Assembly (NCBI RefSeq): GCF_001194135.2
Contig: NC_068984.1
Location: 120,757,894 to 120,807,741, forward strand
From: Octopus bimaculoides
Taxonomy: Eukaryota
Length of the DNA: 49,848 nt
Direction: 5' to 3'
The notes beneath the pieces are model-generated. The model ran no database searches. It had not been told where the DNA came from and saw only the letters and a program-made list of their open reading frames with translations. The position numbers were made by a program, and so were the translations under genes. Shown in pieces: positions 12,031 through 24,899 of the stretch; positions within the stretch are counted from its first letter, which is position 1; the number at the start of each line of letters is the position of its first letter.

Positions 12031-12449
12031 AGGAAAATCATTGATGAACAATTGATTTCTGAAGCACAGCCACGAGAAATACATAAGACTGATACACAGC
12101 ATGGCAATACACCGTTTTTTCGACTTAATCAGGATTCGAAGAATTCAGCAGAAACTCAGGCCTTAATACATCACCTGTTTTAACACTAATAGCTGACCCT
12201 TGGATACCTTGAGTGGGGTCAACTTTGTTACAAGCATTCAAACCTGTTTTCCAGTCTAAGAAAAGCTTTTACTGTGGCAACTTATGAGCTGCACTTTTTG
12301 TCTCCCTTTATCGTAGCAGTCTCGGAAGCTCCGCAAGGTTAACAGCTTTGATTTTTCTCTGCTGAATAAAATTTTAAAAGGCAGCTGCCCTTTTTTATAG
12401 TTAGTCAGGAAAAAGAGGTAGTTGTTAAGAACTTTGCAGCTCCTTTGTA

Positions 12450-13195
12450 ACTGGAGACATTGATGTGGTTGATGTTTAGTAGAAAAGGTAGAGTGAAGGG
12501 ATAGTGCGTCTGTGGACTAGACATTGAAGTGTTGTGTGTCTTTGCAACTCAGATGAAATTTGTGTAGAGATGCAGTCGAGAGTATGTTCGTGTGTGTAAC
12601 AACAGCATATTTCCAGATGTGAGAGTAGTATTCCATTGTTATCGTTAGTTATGCTTTGTAAAGAGTCAAACAACTGTTCTGAGCTGACGCATTTACTGAC
12701 CTTGAAAGAGGAGGTCTTTGAGATAGAGGTAATGAATACGAGATATTTATGAGAAGATATAATTTTTGATTGTGTGATATAATTGTAGTGACTGCATGTT
12801 GCTCAAGACTAGAGAGGATGAGACAAGATTGTTTCGTTGGAATTTACAGTTGTATCTCTGTTTTACTGAAGGAGACAGTATTGTCACGTCTGCACAGGTG
12901 AAATATCTAGAGTAGACACACGACACTACTTCTTCCTTTCCAACTCTATTTTCCTACACTTAAAATCGTGTCCCCGACTTCTGAACCTCTCACACCGCCA
13001 CGCTCTCGACATGACTTCCACATCGATCTTTCACATAAGTTTTTCATTTGTTTACAATCAAAACACCACCACCTTCGCCTTTCTCTCACTCCTTCACACT
13101 CTCACTCACTCACACTCTCACACTCTCATTTTTTCTCTCTTCCTCGCTCTCAGACGAAAGACAGAACTCCGAAACGTTAGATTCTTAGCTCCTTA
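12450..13195. mobile_element. Unclassified decayed retroelement-like segment (possibly Penelope-like)
   Basis: Non-simple sequence ending in a CT-rich stretch and cagacga...cgaaacgtt, which resembles the terminal motif of Penelope-like elements. Confidence 0.25.
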
Positions 13196-13924
13196 CATTC
13201 GAACCTATCAAAATCTAACAACATTACTATTGACTAATGATTGTGGACACAGACAACAACTTCTTTCCTCGGAATGGCAGTGAATCCTATGTCTTAACAG
13301 TCATTCACTCCGTAACTGCAGCGTTTTGTCTAGATTGTTCTGTTGAATATCTCAACTGTAGTACTGAATAAGTTAGTGCTAAAATAGTTTAACATATGTT
13401 CAAAAGTTGTAATGCATACGACTTCCTTTTTTGATTAGTCTCGATACTTTAAAGCAGTTTACTAATAATATTTATTTTATGTGGGAAGTAAGATTGAACT
13501 AAAGTAATTTATGCCGTGAAAGCTCAAAATCCAAACCATCAAATTATTTTTACCTCTTATTTGAAATTGAATCGTAAATCCTTTGTGAATTCTATTTGAT
13601 GGAAAACTATGCATGCAATATATTTTTCTCTTTTTCGTAAGTAGTTTTTTGTTCAAGAGCTTGCTTCTATATGAATTAATTTGATGAAAACCTCCTGATT
13701 CTAGAAGCAAGAACAATTGCATATACCCAGTTAACATGTCGGAGTCTATTAACATGCAGATGAAACGACTTTTCATAATGGGTGGTTCGTTTCAGTTTTC
13801 TTTCTCAACTTGCAATATTATATACCACTGACGTGATTGGTTGGCAATGCTTTTTCGACATCTGGGTAGGATTATAATTCTTTTGAATCGGGTTTTTATA
13901 CTATATTATATTGTATTATATTAT

Positions 13925-13931
13925 GTATGTG

Positions 13932-13982
<51 letters not shown>

Positions 13983-15085
13983 ATGTGTGTATATGTATGT
14001 TTCTATATATATATGTGTGTACATGCATATATATGTGAATATATACATGTATATGTATATATATATATATATANNNNNNNNNNNNNNNNNNNNNNNNNNN
14101 NNNNNNNNNNNNNNNNNNNNNNNNNNNNNNNNNNNNNNNNNNNNNNNNNNNNNNNNNNNNNNNNNNNNNNNNNNNNNNNNNNNNNNNNNNNNNNNNNNNN
14201 NNNNNNNNNNNNNNNNNNNNNNNNNNNNNNNNNNNNNNNNNNNNNNNNNNNNNNNNNNNNNNNNNNNNNNNNNNNNNNNNNNNNNNNNNNNNNNNNNNNN
14301 NNNNNNNNNNNNNNNNNNNNNNNNNNNNNNNNNNNNNNNNNNNNNNNNNNNNNNNNNNNNNNNNNNNNNNNNNNNNNNNNNNNNNNNNNNNNNNNNNNNN
14401 NNNNNNNNNNNNNNNNNNNNNNNNNNNNNNNNNNNNNNNNNNNNNNNNNNNNNNNNNNNNNNNNNNNNNNNNNNNNNNNNNNNNNNNNNNNNNNNNNNNN
14501 NNNNNNNNNNNNNNNNNNNNNNNNNNNNNNNNNNNNNNNNNNNNNNNNNNNNNNNNNNNNNNNNNNNNNNNNNNNNNNNNNNNNNNNNNNNNNNNNNNNN
14601 NNNNNNNNNNNNNNNNNNNNNNNNNNNNNNNNNNNNNNNNNNNNNNNNNNNNNNNNNNNNNNNNNNNNNNNNNNNNNNNNNNNNNNNNNNNNNNNNNNNN
14701 NNNNNNNNNNNNNNNNNNNNNNNNNNNNNNNNNNNNNNNNNNNNNNNNNNNNNNNNNNNNNNNNNNNNNNNNNNNNNNNNNNNNNNNNNNNNNNNNNNNN
14801 NNNNNNNNNNNNNNNNNNNNNNNNNNNNNNNNNNNNNNNNNNNNNNNNNNNNNNNNNNNNNNNNNNNNNNNNNNNNNNNNNNNNNNNNNNNNNNNNNNNN
14901 NNNNNNNNNNNNNNNNNNNNNNNNNNNNNNNNNNNNNNNNNNNNNNNNNNNNNTGAGAGAGGGGGAAGGTAGGTATGGGGGGAAAGAGAGGGGGAAGGTG
15001 GGTATGGGGGGAGAAAGAGAGGAAGAGAAAGAGAGTGAGAGAGAAGAGAGTGAGAGAGAAGAGAGTGGGAGAGAGGGAAGAGGGA
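13925..15085. repeat. (AT)/(GT) and GA-rich microsatellites flanking assembly gap 14074-14953
   Basis: Seen directly. Confidence 0.95.
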
Positions 15086-15094
15086 TACTAAGAG

Positions 15095-15270
15095 ACATTT
15101 CGTCTGTCTTTATGTTCGGAGTTCGAATTCCACCGAGGTCTACTTTGCCTTTCATCCTTTCAGGATCGATAAAATAAATACCAGTTGAAGATTGGGGTTG
15201 CTGTAATCGACTTACCCACTTACCCGCTCTAGCTGGCCTTGAGCCAAAACTTGAAACCCTTATTATTTTT
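15095..15270 (+). mobile_element. SINE family A
   Basis: cattcgtctgtctttatgttcggagttcgaattccaccgaggtctactttgcctttcatcc...ctggccttgagccaaaacttgaaa. Confidence 0.85.
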
Positions 15271-15287
15271 ATAGAATAAAATAGAAG

Positions 15288-15490
15288 ATGTTGAGCTGGC
15301 AGAATCGCTAGAGAAGCGAAATAATTATTTTGTAGTATTTCTTCAGCTTCCTTATACTTTGAATTTATATTCAAATGCCGCCGAGATCAACTCTGCCTCT
15401 CATTCCTGGGGTTCGATAGAATAATATACCGGTCTAAAACAGGGGTCAATGTCATCAACTAACCCATCTCCACTCACAACTGCTGCTCCT
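15288..15490 (+). mobile_element. SINE family A (decayed; head plus partial body)
   Basis: gagctggcagaatcgctag head; ttcaaatgccgccgagatcaactctgcctctcatt body. Confidence 0.7.
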
Positions 15491-15639
15491 GACTCTGAAT
15501 CAGAAATAATTATGATAGAATATGTAACGACTGTTGAAATCATAGTAAGTCAAGCCGGAACAAATAGCGCAAAGCCTTTTTTTTTCTGGGTCCTCTAACT
15601 ATTTTGCCAGTTCACCGCCTACAAAATAGTAAATAATGT

Positions 15640-15843
15640 TTCAAATTTTAGCACAAGGCCAGCAATTTCAGGAAAGTGGATAAGTATTTTACATGGACCA
15701 CAGTACTCAGCTGTACTTTATCGAACCCGAAAAGATGAAAGCAAAGTCGACCTCTGCAGAATTTGAACTGAGAACGTAAAGACGGACGAAATGCCGCTAA
15801 GCATTTTGTCCCGCATGCTAATGCTTTTGCCAGCTCACCGCTT
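15640..15843 (-). mobile_element. SINE family A
   Basis: ttttagcacaaggccagcaatt...gaaagcaaagtcgacctctgcagaatttgaactgagaacgtaaagacggacgaaatgccgctaagc...gccagctcaccgc. Confidence 0.9.
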
Positions 15844-15949
15844 TTGAATAGGAAATAATGAGAGATGAAATCACGAATAAATGATGGCATTTAATACGTC
15901 TTTGTTCCCTATCTTTCCTTTTTTTTACTTCTGATACATTCATTTATTT

Positions 15950-16950
15950 TTTGGTACATATATTAGTGAAAGCATCATTCTATTTTCTAATTTAACACCT
16001 CTATCAGTGTGCAGAAAGTCAAGACTTTACCAATTTCAATTTAATATTTTTCTTCGATTATTTTTAACCAACTTTCAAATACAAATTTTCGCTCCGACAT
16101 TTTATTTTAGAATATGAACTCCTGAAATTCTATAAAATTTCATTTTGATACACACTTTCTTCCAACGTTTTGTTTTTAAAGTCAGTGAGTTGCGTTGCTA
16201 TAGTAACTCTTATCGTTTTGTTTATTTACGTCACAATGATGGTTACGATATTGTTTGGTTAGAAAATAATTTACAAATGTGAAATCTAGTTCAGAAATGA
16301 TTACTGGCCAAATAGGAATTTGTGTTTGAATAATCTGCACGCATTTCTCTTCAAACCTCAAAAGAGAATAGTGCAGACAATTTTTTTTTTAACTTTAATG
16401 ATTTTAAAATAAGTTCTCATTTAATAAATGTATTTCGTAACTTAATTAAAATTTCTCATTTGGTTGCTTCAAATTTTTGTGGAGAAAACGTAAAGATTTT
16501 CAATTTAATTGTTATTAAGCTTAATCGGTGCATTTTCACATTCTTCATTTGCATTTGGAAATTATTCAAAAATTATGTTCGCAGTTTTATGATTTGAGTT
16601 GTTTCATTCACACATATTGTTTCTTATTCTGACCATTTGATCGCGGTATCCAGTTTCAACTGGAAGTTTATATTTCATTTAAAAGCAGAGCATTTCTTTA
16701 AATCACTGTTTTGATAGTCGCATATAGTTCTCAAACATTTCCTCTGACGTGAATGAGTCATATGCAGCCCTCGAATCAGTGTTCAAATAAGAAGTGGTAT
16801 TTCTCCTGCACAGCATAGATCGAAATCTGTTGAAACTATTAACCGTATGAAATGAGATAAGCTTCATGTAAAATGCGTTTCAAAGTGAGAGCCATTTGTA
16901 GTTCTCGAAAAAGCAGGAAAAAGATCAAGTGAAGTTGTAATAAGAATATT
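15950..16950 (+). repeat. Old AT-rich dispersed repeat (probable non-autonomous DNA transposon), copy 1
   Basis: Shares gttgctatagtaac...ttacgtcacaat and aattgttattaagctt(a/g)atcggt blocks with copies near 20400, 25370-26050 and 28780. Confidence 0.55.
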
Positions 16951-17477
16951 TATGAATATAATGCTAACAAAATAAAACGTTTCGCTATGAACGTTAGGCT
17001 TCGTTCGCATTTACTGATGATCTCTTCTGGTGATCTCACATACGCAGTAAGGTAAAAACTTTATTTTGAAGATGAGCTTTCACCTCAGTACCAGAAAATA
17101 TTTCAGTTCCCAACAGTACAAAACTGAAGTGAGACCTAGAATGGGATGCTGTAGCCACAAGTTAGCCGGTACTGTTGCTAGACATATATAGTATACCACA
17201 TTTAAAAATAGATTACCCAATTGATTGCCTTGGATTCACTAACACTACGCAAAAGTTCTGTTTCCTTTCTCTCATTCTTTTTCTTGATTGTATCGCTCTG
17301 CAGTGAAGAGAAGTGGTTTACTTAGATATAATCGTTTCACGTTGGAGATATTTGAAACCAGAACATCGAGAAACGAAGGCATTTTGTATTTTTCTTCAAA
17401 ATTAATAATGCGTAAATAATCAAAATTTCAATTGATAAATATTCTTTTATAAACATTTCTTCTATATAGGTATAAGG

Positions 17478-17668
17478 CATGAAATTTTGCGGGAGCGGAT
17501 AATCGATTACATCGACTCAGGTACTTGACTGGTACTTATTTTATCGTCCCTAAATAGTTGAAAGGTAAAGTCGACCTCGGCGGAATTTGAATTCGGAACG
17601 TTTAGACGGTCGAAATGCCACTAAGCATTTTGTCCGGTGCTGTAATGATGCTGGCAGCTCGCTGCCTT
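17478..17668 (-). mobile_element. SINE family A
   Basis: aatcgattacatcgactc...gtaaagtcgacctcggcggaatttgaattcggaacg...ggcagctcgctgcc. Confidence 0.9.
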
Positions 17669-17791
17669 TATACTCTTTTATAATCAGTAAGACATTCAGC
17701 TGAAGCTACGTAGGATTTGAGTTGATAAGCACTTGCTATAAGTTGTATTTTAAGTGTAAATAATTTTCGATAATGAAATATAATATCAGTA

Positions 17792-17895
<104 letters not shown>

Positions 17896-18284
17896 ACACG
17901 CTCACACATATTCTTGACAACCAGTTGTAGCCGAATTTTACTTAATTCATACAAGCGTTTTTCGCTTGTGACTAATAATCTACATATTTACCACAATATT
18001 TAGACACTTCCATTGATTTTTCACTCATTATTTTAAATAGGTTGAACGTATAAATTTAAATGAATTGAAAATATAAATTTGTGTCAAACATTCTCTTTTG
18101 AAAACGGTTAACTTTGACGAGTAGTTCATAATATATTTCCGTTTGGTTGCTCCTCTTCTTTCAATTGTCTTGCTTATGAGGTCTTTTTTGCTATAGTAAC
18201 TCAAAATATCAATAATATCAATACGCTAGCTTTTTGTCTTTGTACGTACTTGTTGTGTACGTCACACTTCTTTGAAGTGGCAAA

Positions 18285-18660
18285 GCGAGAGAGAGGAGGA
18301 CAGAGAGAAAGTAAGAGAAAGAGTGAGAGAGAGAGAGAGAGAGAGAGAAAGAGACAGTGAGTGGTGACGGCGTTAGTTTAATGTTTTTAAAGGTTTCAGA
18401 GAGGACATAAAAGAGAAAGAGAGTGAGAGAGAAAGTGGGAGCGTGAGAGAGACAGTGAGTGGTGACGGCGTTCGTTTTGTGTTTTTAAATGTTTATCACA
18501 TTGCAAGAAAAGTAGATACATAGATACATATACATATTGTTAAATCAAAAGCGGGAGAGAAGAGGTACAGAAAGGAAGTGAAAGAGAAAGAGAGAAAGTG
18601 AGAGAGACAGTAGATACATAAATCCAAAGAAAAGTTCATAGATACATAGACACAGAAAAT
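18285..18660. repeat. GA-rich region with internal direct repeats (possibly non-autonomous Helitron interior)
   Basis: gagacagtgagtggtgacggcgtt occurs at about 18351 and 18448; tagatacata is repeated several times. Confidence 0.6.
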
Positions 18661-19031
18661 ATTGGCTGTCAGTTTTAATTTTCATTACCACACGAGGATA
18701 AAATTAACTCACAAATGGCTGAGTACTCCACATAAACGTAGTTCTCAGGAAGATTCAGCCACACAATATATGACAAGGCTGGCCCCTTTGAATTACAGCT
18801 AAAAATCGAGATATATATATATATGAATGTATTTGTGTGTGTATATAGTATAGGTTAGTTAAAACATGTTTGCAATAATAAGTGTCGCGTGGGGAAAATA
18901 AACGCAATTACCAAACTTTCATTCATAAATCCATTTATTATTTCGTTCTTTTGCATTTCAATTTGTACATTTGTACCCAGAAATTTTCAATAACTGCACG
19001 TCAGAATAAATGGGAAAACGAGTAATTATAC

Positions 19032-19580
19032 ATTATACCAGAGGCACTTAAATCGTACTTAAGCACAGATTCTGTGTCCTGCAATAAGGAAGAGAAAGTT
19101 CAGAATTATCCATTTGAATTCATAAACTCACTCATTCCATCCGGTATGCCTCCTCATCGCCTCAACTTAAAAATTGGGGTTATTGTGATGCTGCTAAGAA
19201 ATCTTTCGATCACTCAGGAATTATGCAATGGAACTCGCTTGAAAGTGCAAAGACTTCATGGACATTGTGTAGAGGTATCATTGGTAACAGGTTCCAACAG
19301 AGGTCGTACAGTTCTAATTCCCAGAATTAAACTTAGCCCAAGTGATGCAAATATTCCATTCACACTAAACAGACTTCAGTTTCCACTTCGACTTGCATAT
19401 TCAATAACTATTAATAAGGCTTAAGGGCAAACATCTGAAAAAGCTGGAATACACTTGCCTCAACCGGTATTTTCTCATGGCCAATTATATATCGTATTTT
19501 CAAGAGCGCAAGCTATGAACAATATTAAAATAAGAGTTATGACACTCGGGATAACAAACAAAGCCAAAAACGTGGTGTGA
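19032..19580 (+). pseudogene. Helitron RepHel PIF1-family helicase C-terminal fragment
   Basis: YLSTDSV...NYPFEFINSLIPSGMPPHRLNLKIGVIVMLLRNL...LCNGTRL...IPRIKL...RLQFPLRLAYSITINKA*GQT...QPVFSHGQLYIVFSR; one in-frame TAA (19422-19424) in the KAQGQ motif. Confidence 0.92.
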
Positions 19581-19829
19581 CACACACAAAATATTGTCAA
19601 CCATGAAGTACTGTGAGGAAAACCACCGCACCAGCTACCATCACCACCACACCAGCCGCTCCATCATTACACATCCACATAATACCTTTAAGATCGGGGA
19701 ACCAGTTAGGGGCCCGCTGGATCACTCTCGGCATACCAGCAAACCACAAAACCACACTCAGCCAGCAGCACCACTACCTCCAAGCCTATCATATATATGT
19801 ATTTATGTATGTATGTATGAATGTGTGTG

Positions 19830-20030
19830 TGTTTGTCCCATCACCATTGCTTGACAGCCGATGTTGATGCGTTTGCATCCCTGTAATTTAGCTGTTCGGC
19901 AGAAGAGACTGATGGAATAAGCATCAGGCTTACAGGGAATAAGTCCAGGGGTCAATTTCTTCGACTAAAGGGTGGTACTCCAGCATGGCCACCGTCAAAT
20001 GACTGAAACAAGTAAAAGAATAAAAGAATA
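19830..20030 (+). mobile_element. SINE family B, 3' half
   Basis: ccatcaccattgcttgacagccgatgttg...ccagcatggccaccgtcaaatgactgaaacaagtaaaagaataaaagaata. Confidence 0.9.
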
Positions 20031-20221
20031 CCAGAAAAACGTTCCGTACCACTAAACTAAGAAGGTTCTTTGAATATGTAGGGTGTATTTTAAGGTTAAA
20101 TAGTAATTCCGTTTACGTTTGTGTAACATATTTTGGTTGAATTATATAGTTATCGGTTTTACGCTTCTTTCTATATTCTGTAACTGTCACAATATACTTT
20201 TCTAGGACTGAATTTTTTGTG

Positions 20222-20345
20222 AGGAGGGGGCCAGTTGATTAGATCGGCCCCAGTACACAACTGGTGCTTAATTTATCGACCCCAAAAGGACGAAAAGTAA
20301 AGTCGACCTCGGCGGAATTTGAACTTAGAACATACAGACAGACGG
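20222..20345 (-). mobile_element. SINE family A, partial
   Basis: ttatcgaccccaaaaggacgaaaagtaaagtcgacctcggcggaatttgaact. Confidence 0.85.
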
Positions 20346-20379
20346 TCATAATAGTCAAACATTTCTCATGACACCACTA

Positions 20380-20780
20380 CACTGTTTACAGATGCTCACA
20401 TTTTTTGTTTTGCGTGAATTTTTCACGGGTCCAGCTAATTTAGGTTATTACGTCACAATAATGGAGTAACGTAACGATACTGTTTTAATGAGAAAATAAT
20501 TCATAAATCTAAGAAAAACTGTGAATCTCTTTTGCTCACATAGGAATTTAGATTTCAATAATCTATAGTGGATTTGAATTATCTATAATGGATTAAAATT
20601 CCAGAGAAATATTAAAATTTCATTTTTTTAATAAACTGAATAATGAAACAATACATTTTAAAACTTGTAATTCTGATTTTTTTTCCCTTCAGAATTGTAA
20701 TGCTTACAAGTCTAAAATATAAAAATCCAAAAAAAATGTCGAAAAGAAATATAAATTTCCAAAACATTACGGCTGGGTAA
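20380..20780 (+). repeat. Old AT-rich dispersed repeat, copy 2 (partial)
   Basis: ttattacgtcacaataatgg...gaaaataattcataaat...ataggaattt is collinear with 16226-16320. Confidence 0.45.
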
Positions 20781-21299
20781 GTAATGTGCTTAATCCCAAA
20801 CTCTGTGGGTGGATGCGTGTGTATGCTTTTCTCTCAAACATGGTAAATCAAATCAATATACGATGTTTATTTACCTAATACTCCGTCGTGTAGTTAAGAG
20901 TAGGTTTGTTTGTTTATATTCTATGGTTTGGAAAATAAAATTTTATAGAGCCATAAAATATTTTACGAGTTTCTAACATAATTTGTTGAATATGTGTCAG
21001 AATACTCGAACTAGTTACGGTGTTTAAAATTGAAGTATAGCCCACATATGAAATACTTTTCTTGTAAAGCCTACAAATTTTTTCACCATGTCTCTGTCTG
21101 TCTATCTGTCTGCTTGTGTCTCTGTTGTGTATGTCTATCTGCCTTCTTTGCTTCATCTCTCTCTTGCCCTCTCCATTTTATTCTCACAAACTAATACAGA
21201 CATTCTATTCTGTCTTTTTTCGGTTCTCTTTTGAAATCCGATCACGACGTTCACTCCCCACCGCTGATCAGCCTTATCTCGGATCCATAAAATGTTGAA

Positions 21300-21420
21300 T
21301 TGTTTGAGTCGTCAGGACAAAATATTTCGCAATATTTGCTCATGAAACCGACGCTCTCAGTTCAAACCTCACTAAGGACGATTTCGCCTTTCATTCGATA
21401 GGGGCCGATAAAATATCCGC
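21300..21420 (+). mobile_element. SINE family A (highly decayed)
   Basis: ctcagttcaaacctcactaaggacgatttcgcctttcattc...ggggccgataaaata. Confidence 0.55.
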
Positions 21421-22109
21421 TTTAATAGAATCGTTAGTCGGGTGAGAATCCGTGTGATGTTTATTCAGGCTTCCTGTGTTCTAGGCCTTAGGTGGAAGTC
21501 TTAATTAATCACCCGGCTTAACACCATCAACCGGTTCGTGAATGCCTTTAGCAGAGTTCATTCGATTGCCAACATTGGAGCTAAGTCTTATAGTTTGGGG
21601 CGAACTTTCTCATTTTCTACGACCAATCACAGAAACGCTGAAAAATAAATCATGGTGGCTGCCATTCTCTCCTTCACTAAAGCACCATTATCCATACATG
21701 CAAGTGAAGCATATATGTGTAATGATGGTGACGGTAGTAATAGTAGCAACTATGATTGCATTGCTCCTGGCTCTTCTGTTTTCTTATTGTCCTCTCCATC
21801 TTCAACAAGCTATTTCCTAAACAGTTTCTACCAAACTGTACGATCCGCAGCAAAATCATTTAGGTATTAGAGCTGGAGCTTGGATTTCCACATAATGATA
21901 TTCTTCTGATCCTTAAATTGTTTATCGACCCATTAGACATGTATCGCCCAGTGTAGCTGGCTGTATCACATTCTGTGGGATAGCCGGCATAAACGCATGC
22001 TTATAACGTACCCAAGATATTGCAGTTGACACTAGTTTCAAAGACGGAGCAGTGGTCAAGGACTCCACAACCTCTACCTCCATTCCTGTATTCAATTATT
22101 TATGCTCAT

Positions 22110-22318
22110 GAAGGCGCCGAGCTGACAGAATTGTTTGTGCGCCGGACAAACTGCTTAGTGGTATTTCCTCTGGTTTTACGTTCTGAGTTCAAATGTCACC
22201 GAGGTCGACTTTGCCCTTCATCCTTTCGGTATCTATAGAATTAATAACAGTTGAGCTCTGAAGTCAATGTATTCAACTTCTTGGTCCTCTCAAATTTGCT
22301 GGCCTTGTGTCAAAAGTT
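22110..22318 (+). mobile_element. SINE family A
   Basis: ggcgccgagctgacagaattg...tttacgttctgagttcaaatgtcaccgaggtcgactttgcccttcatcctttc...ttgctggccttgtgtcaaaa. Confidence 0.85.
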
Positions 22319-23229
22319 ATTTATGACCGCCATTTCAACTGTTGCCAAGTTTAATTATAATTAATACCAGATGATATTTTCACATTGTTTGTCAAAGTTA
22401 GAAAGTTGTCTTGGGTAATGATTTTGTGTTATGTAATGATTTTCGTATGCCCTAATAATCCATATCAGTTCTTATTCTGATCAAGTGATGTGAAATGTAT
22501 TAATATAATTTTAATTTGATATCATATTTCATTTAATCTGGATCGTAGATATCGTAAGCACCAAGAAATTAAATGTTTGTAGAATTATGTTGAGGACTCA
22601 TTAAGTTTGAGATATATTTCTTACGATGTATCTAACTCCAATGAATACATACATATGTAATATTTACGTAATTAATATCCAAATTAAGCGTGATCAAAAC
22701 AAAGTAATAACTAAGCAATGAAAGCAACAAACAAGAGTACAAAGTCAATGTTACAGCCTTGTGGAGGGAAGGAAAGATAAAATCGATATTTCGGGTGGCT
22801 GTCCTTTGTTTAAGATAGAAGCCATCGACAGGATTTAAATTTAGGACGTGAAGAAGCGGGAAAATACTGCACATGTTTCCGACGGACATTTCGCATAGTT
22901 CTCTTTTGTTAAGATTGAAAGAAAGAAAATAGAAAACAAAAGAAACGAAAAAAGAAATGAAAAGAAAAATGTTTGGTTAGAGATTCGACATATTATAATA
23001 GCAGATAGAGGAGTAAAGATATTTTCCAGAGAAAAGAGTCGTAAATAAAATGAAGTATGCGTAAATTATATTTTTTATAAATATATGGTGAATGGGAAAT
23101 CTATTGTGTGACCAAGGTTGTGTGCGAACATATGCATACGATGTGACAATGTATATGTGTGATATGAGAAAAACGCAACACTGATGATATAGGTGTGTGG
23201 TAGGCGATCAAGCGTGTGCGAATGTTTGG

Positions 23230-23528
23230 GTAAAAGTGAGTTAGTGAAGTGTGTGTGAGTGTAAACGGAAGCTATAAAATATATAATCACATAAGCAATG
23301 GCATGTAGATAGGTTTGGTTCACAGAGTTAATGTAGCAAGCCTATGGTTGATTCATCTGGTTTTGTTGTGTTGAACATCCAATGAATATTACTATGAACA
23401 AAAAGGTTGATGTTTAATGCAATAATTGGTACTTTCAGAGATACCGGAGAAACGGCCTGTGACATGGAAAGTTGACCTAGCATCATGTGGGATTTTAATG
23501 TATTGAATGAAGTAACAGGTGGTGCGGC

Positions 23529-23584
<56 letters not shown>

Positions 23585-24440
23585 GAGCGAGAGAGAGAGA
23601 GAGAAGGAGAGAGAGAGAGAGAGAAGGAGAGAGAGAANNNNNNNNNNNNNNNNNNNNNNNNNNNNNNNNNNNNNNNNNNNNNNNNNNNNNNNNNNNNNNN
23701 NNNNNNNNNNNNNNNNNNNNNNNNNNNNNNNNNNNNNNNNNNNNNNNNNNNNNNNNNNNNNNNNNNNNNNNNNNNNNNNNNNNNNNNNNNNNNNNNNNNN
23801 NNNNNNNNNNNNNNNNNNNNNNNNNNNNNNNNNNNNNNNNNNNNNNNNNNNNNNNNNNNNNNNNNNNNNNNNNNNNNNNNNNNNNNNNNNNNNNNNNNNN
23901 NNNNNNNNNNNNNNNNNNNNNNNNNNNNNNNNNNNNNNNNNNNNNNNNNNNNNNNNNNNNNNNNNNNNNNNNNNNNNNNNNNNNNNNNNNNNNNNNNNNN
24001 NNNNNNNNNNNNNNNNNNNNNNNNNNNNNNNNNNNNNNNNNNNNNNNNNNNNNNNNNNNNNNNNNNNNNNNNNNNNNNNNNNNNNNNNNNNNNNNNNNNN
24101 NNNNNNNNNNNNNNNNNNNNNNNNNNNNNNNNNNNNNNNNNNNNNNNNNNNNNNNNNNNNNNNNNNNNNNNNNNNNNNNNNNNNNNNNNNNNNNNNNNNN
24201 NNNNNNNAAAGAAGAGAGGTTAAAAACTGGTGTAAGATTTTGTAAGGTTGGTGTGGAAGAGGCAGAAATGTAGTACAATGTTGTCCTGACATTGTCGTAA
24301 AGCTCAGTGAGATCAATAGCTAGGGTAGAACAATGAGCAGTGTCGAGGGCTGATTCGGAGTAACTGCGCTGCTGAAAGAAGTGTATTATTCGATGTGATT
24401 GGAACATGTAGTCAGTTTCCAGGCTTCCGTGAAAAACCTG
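23230..24440 (-). mobile_element. Penelope-like element remnant (RT C-terminal region to GIY-YIG), interrupted by (GA)n and gap 23638-24207
   Basis: HFFQQRSYSESALDTAH...AIDL on one side of the gap; FAAPPVTSF then STNYCI...FIGCST on the other, resembling the RGY..., F..PP...F and YCI...YIG motifs. Confidence 0.5.
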
Positions 24441-24469
24441 TCTGGTCATGAGAAATATTATTTTGAGTG

Positions 24470-24616
24470 GAAACAGGGAAGGGTTGGCGAAAACAAGGGC
24501 ATCCGGCTGTAGAAAATCCCGCCTCAACAAATTCCGTCCAACCCATGCAAATTTGGAAAAGTAACTTTAAACGACGATGACGACGACGATGATGAAGATG
24601 GTGATGATGATGATGT
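24470..24616 (+). mobile_element. SINE 3' part with Meta-domain-like core and (GAT)n tail
   Basis: gggttggcgaaaacaagggcatccggctgtagaaa...ccaacccatgc...ttaaacgacgatgacgacgacgatgatg. Confidence 0.65.
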
Positions 24617-24805
24617 AAGCTTTGAGATTTATAGGTTAACATACTGAGTTCATTTTGTTTCATCATTTAGATATCTAGGAAAATATGAGATGTAGTATCA
24701 CATTTACCAATTATTGTTACTTTGTCTTACTTGCAAATACTGTGTGGAAATTACTTTCAATAATACTTCTAATTCTTGATCGTTAAACTAATTTCTTTTC
24801 ACAAG

Positions 24806-24899
24806 ATTGTCTAGCTATTTTATCTTTTTATTTCTTTATATTTAGAATATTTATTGTCTAGCTATTTTATCTTTTTATTTCTTTATATTTAGAATATTT
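24806..24899. repeat. 47-bp perfect tandem duplication
   Basis: attgtctagctattttatctttttatttctttatatttagaatattt x2. Confidence 0.95.

Noticed and set aside
19047-19580. Host PIF1 helicase gene
   Set aside because: Intronless isolated fragment with a nonsense codon and Helitron-type sequence motifs.
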